Positions 53,883 through 64,000 of a stretch of 64,000 nucleotides of DNA are shown one piece after another. Both the position numbers and the translations under genes were made by a program. Positions within the stretch are counted from its first letter, which is position 1, and every line of letters starts with the position of its first letter. The notes under the pieces were generated by a model, which did no database searches, was not told the DNA's origin, and saw nothing but the letters and a program-made list of their open reading frames with translations. Origin of the DNA: Octopus vulgaris. Taxonomy: Eukaryota. The stretch spans positions 7,750,001-7,814,000 of the forward strand of contig OX597822.1 in NCBI GenBank assembly GCA_951406725.2, read 5' to 3'.

Positions 53883-55947
53883 TATCTATATATACATTAT
53901 ATGCATATAAGGGCGTGTATTCAACTAGAAACATACATATAAATTAATAGGTATATGTATACTTTCATTCCCATCCATATATACAAATATATATATAACA
54001 AAATGCGGAAAATTATAATACACGTAATATATTCACGTGCACATAAATCTCTACATATGTCGATATCTATATAGACGCATGTGTTCACATATGTTAATAC
54101 TCAGGCATACATAATTATGCAAATTAATTTTACAGTGGAAACAGCTATACACACCTGTTTACAAATATAAAACTTTATTCAAATACACAGTTACATATAA
54201 CAAATAGATTAATAGATAAATGAATGAATATAATAATATCATGATGATATAATAATATGGTTTCATATTCATTATTTAATTATGAATAATTTGTAATTAT
54301 GATAATAAATTAAATGTAGTTATGTGAATATTAATGGAAATTGTGTATGTGTTACAAAGTTTGAGAGTTAAAAAAAAAAATTATAATAAAATCTAATACA
54401 GCACTTAGAGCAATAATGCTTTGTCCAATATTCATTTATTGTTAGAAAGTTTCTCGTGAGCTTTATAATAGTTTTGTTACCAAAAAAAATACTAGGCATA
54501 TTATTAGTGGATGTATAATATAGTAATATTCAAAATAATAAAAATTAAATTGTAAATAAAAATATATACGTATAGAAGAATATAAGATGGAAAATTGAAT
54601 TTATAAAGAACATATACAAATGTAAGAATTTTTGCATATCACGTCTTAATTTGCAGTTAAAGATGTATCAGGCTGTTAGTAAAAATGATTATATGGAAAA
54701 TGACAGGTACAAATATTACCTGATAGTGTAGCTAGCCAATGCTGTAATATTTGATAACTGATCGAAAAGTTAGCAACTGTGTAAGGTATGCATGTATGCA
54801 TTGGTAAACAAAATTCATTGTGTGTACAATTTGTTAAACAGTCGAATTGATTATTATAATATTATGTGAAGACGTTCGTGTAATAAGATTATAATAGAAT
54901 TGGATATTAATGCTAATATAAAATTTTATTTGTTACGTAAGAATTAGTGGGGGTTTGTTCGCGATTATAGATGTCTGTACAAGCAATCTAATGAGGACGA
55001 TATTAAATTAATTGTAGTGAGGAAGGTAATAAATAATTATATAATTAAATAATTAATTAATAAAATACATAATTAAATTTAAAACTTACTTATATTTCCA
55101 CGAGAGTATATTCAATGTTTTTCTCATTTAAAAGAATTTAATATTCCTGGAGGAAAGAATAAATAATACCTTAGTTATATAAATATAAACTAATTTTAGT
55201 GTTGACTGTAAAATAGTGTAGAGGTAATTGTATCGCATATCAGATAAAATTCAATAATAGTAATTGAGCTAGGGGTTAGGAGTGTGTGTGCTAGTGAGAT
55301 ATACAACAAATCTTTGATTTGAATTTGAAAACACGTATTTTCCCCCGTAAACACCAGAATTACTTTTCTTGTCTCTGAAGTTGCGTAGGGTATTTCTAGG
55401 CAAAATAATATAGTATGCCGCCGTTATACAAAGAAAACACTTATTATTATTGACCTTTTTTAAATTGGTACGGATGGAGTTATATCCCCTTTAAGATCAA
55501 ATTCAATAGTCTTATCAGTTAATTGCCACATAAATTTATTTAAACCATTCAACTACTAAACGAGTGTAAGAGGTTCGTGACAGGTTTTTTAATAGCATTC
55601 TCTGTCGTACCTATATAAGTATGTTTTTTATCTTGTGTAATAACTGTACATTGCTATATTACATTTTTTACAAGAATTTCTAAACAAACAATTATTTTAA
55701 ACCTGCAATCACAATTATAAATATCATAATTTGTTTGTTTGTTAGATGAGGAAGTAATGCTTGTGGTTTTTGTGTATATATATCCTTTAATATTGTTTAC
55801 GTGAAAGGCTTTTGGACATACATATAAAATCTATTTTGTCATGCAGCTTACAGCATAGTGGTACCAACTGGCAATACCCAATTTGGGGTCGCACTCAGGT
55901 GTGCCGATATAATATGGGATACACATAATAATAATAATATTAATAAT

Positions 55948-56351
<404 letters not shown>

Positions 56352-56375
56352 CATCATCATCATTATTATTATCAT

Positions 56376-57204
56376 TCTATGTTTGACTTTTGCTTTATAT
56401 TTGTACAGGTTGGCTCCAAGTCTCACCCAGAGACCTCAAGAGACAACAGGTTGGAAATTCATGTTGTTGTTATGCCTAGTGTGCCATATATTTTGGGTTT
56501 TTTGGTGTTGTTCTAGTGAATGTCGATAAAAAACAATAATAAAACGAAAATTATGTTTGTTTTAAACACTGAGATTACATGGAAAGTATTTTGCGTAGGA
56601 TAAGAGCAGTTCCCATGAGCACTATCTTTTTTATTTCTGCCAATTTTGGGTTTCCTGGTATCTGAGTTAGGTAGCAATCAGTCCCTTTCGCTATCATTCT
56701 AAGGGCACCTATGACAACAGGCATTGTTTTAGTCTTCAGGTTCCACATTTTGCTGATTTCTATTTCAAGATCTTTATATTTGCTCAGTTTTTGGTAGGTC
56801 TTGACAGATACGTTTATATCGATTGAGACAGTCATATCAATAAGGAGGCATGTTCTTTGTCTGAAGTCTTTCAATATGATGTCTGGCCTATTTGCATCTA
56901 TCTTTCTGTCCGTTTGAATGGTGAAGTTCCAGAGGAGTGAGATGTGGTCATTTTCAAGCACTGGAGATGGTTTGTGTTCCCACCAGTTTATTTTCATGGG
57001 GCAAATCCAGGTTTTTGCAAATTACTCAGTGAATATATTGTGCAGCTGTTGAGATACTTTCTAGATACTTTGTAGGCGCTAGAAGACTGCACTTAAAGAC
57101 AATATGATCAATGGTTTCATTTTGTTGTTGACATACACGACATGTTGGGCTACTGCCGTTCTTTAATATGTTGGCCTGGCAGTTTCTTGTTGGTAGGCAT
57201 TGGT

Positions 57205-57208
<4 letters not shown>
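56376..57208 (-). mobile_element. R4/Dong-clade LINE 3' fragment (CCHC and restriction-like endonuclease) in (TAA)n
   Basis: TCRVCQQQNETIDHIVFKC. ORF 56575-56997 has LLWNFTIQTDRKIDANRPDII..LIDM..KLSKYKDL..PVVIGAL. TAA tracts on both sides. Confidence 0.92.
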
Positions 57209-57270
<62 letters not shown>

Positions 57271-57434
57271 GATCTATAGCTGGGACTTGTAGGTATTTTA
57301 ATGCATCAGCACACGCGTTTACACAATTCACATATTGTTAAGGTCACAGTTCGTATTCCTGGAATGATTACTGTACAGGCTGTAATATCCATAGATATAG
57401 GTTGGATCATACCCATGGGTTCATTCCTTCGGAC

Positions 57435-57467
<33 letters not shown>

Positions 57468-57471
<4 letters not shown>

Positions 57472-57630
57472 GACGGGCTTCTATATTGGTCCCGATTACC
57501 AAATTCAATCACAAAATACTGGTCAGCTCTGGACCAAATTATAAGATATATTCGCCATATATTCTGTAGGACAGAACCCAAAGCGACGTGGATGGAAATC
57601 GAGCTCCTTAACCAAGTATCAATCACCGCG

Positions 57631-57632
<2 letters not shown>
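57468..57632 (-). mobile_element. SINE family A head, diverged
   Basis: ACGACGGGCTTC..ACCAAATTCAATCACAA similarity to 28127-28291. Confidence 0.6.
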
Positions 57633-57686
<54 letters not shown>

Positions 57687-59904
57687 TATGAGTGTGCATA
57701 TGTATATGTATGGATATGTGTGTTAATACACGCGCAGATACACACACATATATTATGTATGTTAGAGAGGAACGGTGTTTAGTCAACGGAAAATATAATG
57801 ATATAATTGCTTTTGATGTCATTTTCTCCAAAGGCACTGAAACGATAGAACATTTGTGCACTTTGAATGGAATTATCAAAACGAGAGCGAATCTCTTAGT
57901 TTCATGGCAATCTACCCTTCAGAAATATAGTCAACCACTTAAATGTGAACGTCACTTCGTTATAATGTATCCTGAATAGTGGCGAATGGCATATGTCATC
58001 AAATGTTTTGAAACCTAAAGCATATGATATGTTACTTTTAAATTATTAAACCTCTCTCTTAGCATTTCACTTCAAAGGATATTAATGTATCAAACGAGGG
58101 AGACTAAATTTGGTCTCTTAGGTGTTGAAAATTGTACAAAGAAATTATCGATTGAAAAACTTTTATCTGCAAAATGGAATCCCATATTGATTATCATCAT
58201 ATTGGATTTCCTTGTCTGGGTTAATAGTGGTATATTCAAAGCTCAAAATTCACGACGTGCTAGCTGTTCAACAACTGCTGACAGGATGCTAGATAAGCAG
58301 TGGATATCTTCATAACGCATAAACAGTTTATTTCATTTTGTATTGTTTTGTTCGACTGTTATATATGACACAAGGCTAAACGTACATGGATGATTAACGT
58401 GTTAAATATAGCTGTTTTAATCAGATTTGTTTTTGCATTGTCCGATTTGAGTAAAATATTTGGAACACTTACAGGACACGGTACCTGATATATGTTGTAA
58501 AAGAATATCGGGTGGTGTATTTATGTAGTTTCAAAATATGTCATGAATGTCTACGTTTGGATTGGAACAGAACACATTTACATTTTATCTTGCAAATCTC
58601 TCGGGGTCGCAAGCAAGAATAGTTGTTTGAAATAATATCAATGAGAAATTATGTACATTTTCCACAAATATATTGGCAGCAGTGTGAACCGGTAAATTGG
58701 AGCAGATACATTAAGTATTCATTTGTTTCCTTTCTCTTTTTCGAGTTCTAATCTTCCCAAGGTCACACATAAGTTCAATATCTCTGGAAATCGATAGACG
58801 AATGTACGATGAAAGTATTACGTTTGGTTTAATTGCATCGTCCCTACATACATGCACATGCCAACATTCTAAACAGGGAGGTCTGCTTAAATTCGTTTAG
58901 AGATCAATATAGACTCTAGGTTGTATAATTTTATTCACTATATTTATAGAGCTTGCTTTAAGTTACCATAAATATATCCATAATATATTTGAGTAATATT
59001 CTTCAGCTGGATATTCCAGGTTGTAATCATCGATTTAAAAAAGAATATTGATTTTTACAAACATTAGCTCACAGTTGCAGATTTAAATTTTTCACCTGTG
59101 AATAAGGAAAACATATATCGCTCGGAAAGTTCGTTATTTCGTCGATTAGATAATCGAATGCTACACATATTACTGTATATCAAAGAGGACTGAGAATGTA
59201 TAAAAGCTTTCAATAAAAAGGCACATTTTTTCCCTGGACGAGATTCAATCCATTCAACTGTTGAGTGAAATTGATACCACGCATTTGTGTTCATGTTGAA
59301 AATATATTATAACAGAGAAAAAAGCCATGCTTTTATATAAAACAATATATCTGACGCAATGGCGTCAGTGCAATGCTGTTTCAAAAAACATTTTCTCCCA
59401 CTAAAGCAATATCTGAATGGAAAATGTAACTTTTTCATATGCGTTTGATGTATTTTAACTTGTAATATCCAGCCTGTTCTAAAAAGAAAATAAAAACTCT
59501 TATTTTATTGCTTTTCTAAATATATTCAGCATGTAAACCCTTTTCTATTTTCAACCAGCACCCTCTGCTTTACAATTACTCAAAAATCATCGATGTGTAT
59601 ACATTTCGATTCGATCTGTATTTATTAGTTTCCCTAGTTATAGAAGATTTATTTCAGCTGTTCATTTAATTGATAGTGTGCATTGTTTTTAAAATGCTAT
59701 TACCACCAAGGACTTTTTCTTAATATTTCATGTTTTCAAATGATCGAAAAGGAATAGTTTTGAAAAATGCATTTAAATATATTTTTGCTTTCAAGTGTGT
59801 ACGTGAAGAGTATGCATAGAACATACGGCCTCCCTATGAATACTTAAGTGTAATTACACCTGTGTGTATGTTAGTATTTGTGTGTATTTTGGACTTTAAA
59901 TCAA

Positions 59905-60272
59905 CCAGGTGGTCGTGTGGTAAAGAGCTTCACTCCTAACCGCATGGTTCCGGCTTCAGTCTTACTACGTAGCATCTTCGGCAAACCTCTTTTATTATAG
60001 CGTCGCACCATCCAAAGCCTTGAGAGTGGATTTGGTAGACGCAAACTGAAAAAAACCCGTCGTATATGTGTTTGTATGTGTGTATGTAATCGTGTCTGTG
60101 CTCGTCCATCACAACTGCTTGGCAAGCGGCGTTGTCTTTCTGTCCCGTACGTTAAGGGTAATGCAAAAGAGAATGATAGAGTAAGTACTAGGCTTAGAAC
60201 AATTAATTACTATAGTATTCTTCATGGTGGTGCTGCAGTCTGATAGTCTGATGTAAAAGAATAAAAAAAAGA
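59905..60272 (+). mobile_element. SINE family A, diverged full-length copy
   Basis: Head, microsatellite, body and tail are colinear with the reverse complement of 27866-28291. Confidence 0.8.
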
Positions 60273-60656
60273 CTAAAACATAAAGCGCACATACACGCAC
60301 AAGCACAAATATATATACGTATGCGTGTGTGTGTGTGTGTGTGCTGGTGTGTGCGCATGCGTGCTTGTGAGCGTGTGTAATTATATATTTACAGCTGCTC
60401 CGGAATTCCATTCCCCATATACGTATGTCTTTTCTTATTGATAATGCTTTTCTGTGTATATGCATAAAAGTAAACGTTTTCCAAATGAATTGCACGTAAT
60501 ATTTGAGGATTGATGAGGTTATAAGGTATTATTCGGACACTCAAATATTATGAGTTCGCTTCTAATAGCATGAACTGGTGTAAGCTAATGATGTTCATAT
60601 GAATTTGTGTGTTAACACACACCCGTATATATATATATATATATATAACAGCAGCA

Positions 60657-61410
60657 GAAAAAAATTTCTAATGTCAAATATTTCTAATGCCGAAACTAGA
60701 CACAACATCCATAAACATATAATTGAATCACTATAAGCACATGCCTCGACGAAAGCCGACAGAAATTCCGCTATTACCATATCAGACCCGATTTCAGAGT
60801 TAGTTCATAAGAACATTCTCTTCGTCAGTGATAAATGCGGCCAAGGAATAAATGAAATACTTATACCCATAGAAGAAGCAAACGCTAAGTCATGAGCACA
60901 AATATATCCAAAATAGAAATTCTCCAGTCCATTCGAGACACGTCCGATTCGAACTGAAAACTCTCAAAGAGTGAGAGAGTCCGGAAGTGAACACTATTAA
61001 ATTTATATCAAATATAGGATGAAATATTTTTCGAAAAAAATTTATCAATGGACAGCATATTGAAAAAATACCTTTAAAGGTTAAATATATAACCAACTTA
61101 TTATCAAGGGCAAAAAAAAAAATTTCTAATGCCAGATATGCCGAAACTAGACACAACGTACATAACCATATAATTAATCACTGTAAGCACGTGTCTCGAA
61201 GAAAGCCGACAGAAATTTCGAAAAAAATCCCGTTATTACCATATCGGACCCGATTTCAGAGTTAGTCCATAAGAACCTTCTCTTCGTCAATGATAAATGC
61301 GGCAAAGGAATAAATGAAATACTTACTTATACCCATGGAAGAAGCAAACACTAAGTCATGAGCACAATTAAGTACCCCAAATATATCCAAAATAGAAATT
61401 CTGCAGTCCA
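60657..61410 (-). mobile_element. Tandem ~460-bp repeat (about 1.6 units), each unit with a hammerhead: Penelope pLTR tandem or retrozyme-like
   Basis: 60657-60931 is colinear with 61111-61410. Hammerhead motifs at 60780-60833 and 61242-61295. Confidence 0.8.
60780..60833 (-). ncRNA. Type I hammerhead ribozyme with intact catalytic core
   Basis: TATCA-CTGACGA-AGAG(aat GTTC ttat GAAC taa)CTCT-GAAA-TCGG-GTC-TGATA. Perfect 5-bp stem I, GUC triplet. Confidence 0.8.
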
Positions 61411-61454
61411 ATAATAATAATAATAATAATATATATATATATAAATATATTCTT

Positions 61455-61574
<120 letters not shown>

Positions 61575-61575
61575 G

Positions 61576-62110
61576 AGTGAGAGAGCAGGGCATGCTATCA
61601 AAGTCACACTGGGTTAAAATATAGGATCCCAGTATACCCATCATAACTACCTGTCTGATAAGTGTACACTAGGCACATGCATCACAATCATATGTGCGCG
61701 AGATGGTGATCTCATATCAAGATAAACAGCGCATGACCTTGCAGGTGGGGCCTATTTAGAATGTTCTTCTCGTCGAGTAACCGATCCCGCTCAAAATGTC
61801 CCTGAAATAAGATTGTTTAGGGATGTTGAACGAAACACCGGATGTTTCCAAAGGGGAATTATTCAAACCCCTCAACACATGGCTATGATGCTCCCCCACT
61901 ACTTCTGCTCGTGATCAGAGATGCACATATAGTCAGCCACTAAGGGACATGCTCAACTGGTTAAGGTCAAATAACTGACAAGCAAATCTGTGGTATTGAG
62001 CAGAATATTTGCTGTAGCCCGTCTTTTATACCAAGACAAAAGATTGTACATGATAACACTTAGAATCAGTTAAGATCAGAAGCGACGAAAGCCATTCCCT
62101 GGTGTTGCAT
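61576..62110 (-). mobile_element. Non-coding interspersed element bounded by (TAA)n tracts (possible Dong-dependent SINE)
   Basis: Higher-GC ~535-bp island with TAA arrays on both sides and no ORF. Orientation inferred from the TAA phase. Confidence 0.45.
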
Positions 62111-62207
62111 TTATTATTATTATTATTGTTGTTGTTGTTGTTGTTGTTATTATTATTATTTTTATTTTTATCATTATTATAAATATTATTATTATTATTA
62201 TTATTAA

Positions 62208-62238
<31 letters not shown>

Positions 62239-62283
62239 ATTATTATTATTATTATTATTATTATTATCATTGTTATTTTCATT

Positions 62284-62339
<56 letters not shown>

Positions 62340-62413
62340 CATCATTATTATTATTATTATTATTATCATTATTATTATCATTATCATTAATATTATTATT
62401 ATTATTGTTATTA

Positions 62414-62471
<58 letters not shown>

Positions 62472-62484
62472 CATTAATATTATT

Positions 62485-62558
<74 letters not shown>

Positions 62559-62575
62559 CATCATGATCATTATCA
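62111..62575. repeat. Long degenerate (TTA)n/(TCA)n trinucleotide array
   Basis: Direct repeat, ~465 bp. Confidence 0.95.
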
Positions 62576-62729
62576 TATTTACTTGAACGCCACACATCCA
62601 CTTCCAAGCATATCTTAACCTTTTTGTTGCAACTGTAACTCTATACCGTTTCCTGCCACATCCTTCTCCCCTTTACCGCTTTCTTTCTCACTAATTCCCT
62701 TCCACTTTTTCTCTTTTTCTCTCACACGT

Positions 62730-63132
62730 TACCTATTTCTTTACTACCCACAAGGGGCTAAACACAGAGGGGACGAACAAGGACAGACTTAAGTATTAAG
62801 TCGATTACATCGACTCCAGTGCGTAACTGGTACTTTATTTATCGACCCCGAAAGGATGAAAGGCAAAGTCGACCTCGGCGGAATTTGAACTCACAACGTA
62901 ACTATTTCTTTACTACCCACAAGGGGCTAAACACAGAGAGGACAAACAAGGACAGACAAACGGATTAAGTCGATTATATCGACACCAGTACGTAACTGGT
63001 ACTTAATTTATCGACCCCGAAAGGATGAAAGGCAAAGTCGACCTCGGCGGAATTTGAACTCACAACGTAACGCAGACGAAATACCGCTAAGCATTTCGCC
63101 AGGCGTGCTAACGTTTCTGCCAGCTCGCCGCC
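62730..63132 (-). mobile_element. SINE family C with internal tandem duplication and a 15-bp TSD
   Basis: TSD TTTTCTCTCACACGT at ~62715-62729 and 63133-63147. Reverse complement of the 53488 family. Confidence 0.92.
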
Positions 63133-63319
63133 TTTTCTCTCACACGTAACCATCGTTTTTTTTCCTGCACGGACGTTCTAAGGACTGGACTCGTCTATCT
63201 CTCTCTTCTATCTTTTCAGTTTTGAAAGAAAATATTTCCTCCAACGTTCACTATCTTTCCCCTGGTTCTGGTCTAACGACCCTCCATGACTGTTTTCGTC
63301 CCGTTTACCTGCATGTCTC

Positions 63320-63516
63320 CACTCTCCTGTTTCTGTTCCCAAATTTATCACACTCTGTCGGCCTTATTACACTCTGTGTCACGATGAATCTCACTCAGAA
63401 CTACGTTAAGGGTACACGGGATTGTCTAATGCTCACCCACTTGCTTGTTATTTACACGAGCAAGCTGTTCCGTTGATCATATCAGCTGGGCACCTCGTCG
63501 TCGTAACCGACGGAGG
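63320..63516 (+). mobile_element. SINE family B 3' half
   Basis: CTACGTTAAGGGTACAC..CCTCGTCGTCGTAACCGACGGAG, as in 19130-19250. Confidence 0.8.
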
Positions 63517-63620
63517 GTACCTGTGCGTGGGTGTGTGTATGTATATATATATATATGTATATATATATATTTATACAAATGCGTTTATGTGCATGTGTAT
63601 ATATATGTATTTATACACAG

Positions 63621-63690
<70 letters not shown>

Positions 63691-63858
63691 GCAAGGAAAA
63701 ATTGTAAAAATGCAGAATGCTCGATTGAAAGAAAATTTTAATGAAATGAGAAAATGAAAAAATATATAAATATATATATTTATATATTTTTTCATTTTCT
63801 CATTTCATTAAAATTTTCTTTCAATCGAGCATTCTGCATTTTTACAATTTTTCCTTGC
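63691..63858. repeat. Perfect 168-bp palindrome
   Basis: Two exact 84-nt arms, centre 63774/63775, no spacer. Confidence 0.95.
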
Positions 63859-63903
63859 TTATCATTTCTCCACGTGCGGTCAACACAACCCCACCATTTA
63901 TTG

Positions 63904-63979
<76 letters not shown>

Positions 63980-64000
63980 TTCCAGTTCTGAATATCTGAA

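Larger units (their letters stand above)
44500..55175 (+). pseudogene. Decayed Toll-like receptor, unit T7 (pieces ~44500-44680, 44850-45830, 47000-47670, 54200-55175)
   Basis: HLPNTVV, FETLKLKHLHM, IGIKSFEVTFEKG, NLSGNSV (47570-). LRRCT DNKL/KCSY; TM FLVSFIIVLL..ILGILL. TIR DRYKY, CKVCM, KTYLYF (55081-) ..IF(W)..INNTL. Confidence 0.5.

Overview
AT-rich, microsatellite-dense eukaryotic DNA. The SINE families, 5S sequence and repeat style suggest an octopus-like cephalopod (inference). No intact protein-coding gene is supported, and most ORF-track entries are microsatellite artefacts. The window is largely transposon debris: three tRNA-derived SINE families, non-autonomous and deleted Helitrons, Penelope-like elements with hammerhead ribozyme motifs, RTE, R4/Dong, CR1-like and L1/Tx1 LINE fragments, and mariner, hAT and probable piggyBac relics. 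Reading the unique DNA between the repeats with frameshifts allowed suggests a head-to-tail array of about eight heavily decayed Toll-like receptor (LRR-LRRCT-TM-TIR) pseudogenes, all on the + strand, across about 1-59.7 kb. Other notable items are a head-to-head palindromic tRNA-SINE carrying hammerhead motifs, a 462-nt tandem hammerhead unit, a 5S rRNA copy fused to a LINE tail (SINE3-like) and a perfect 168-bp palindrome. All protein calls on decayed sequence come from manual translation and need HMM confirmation.
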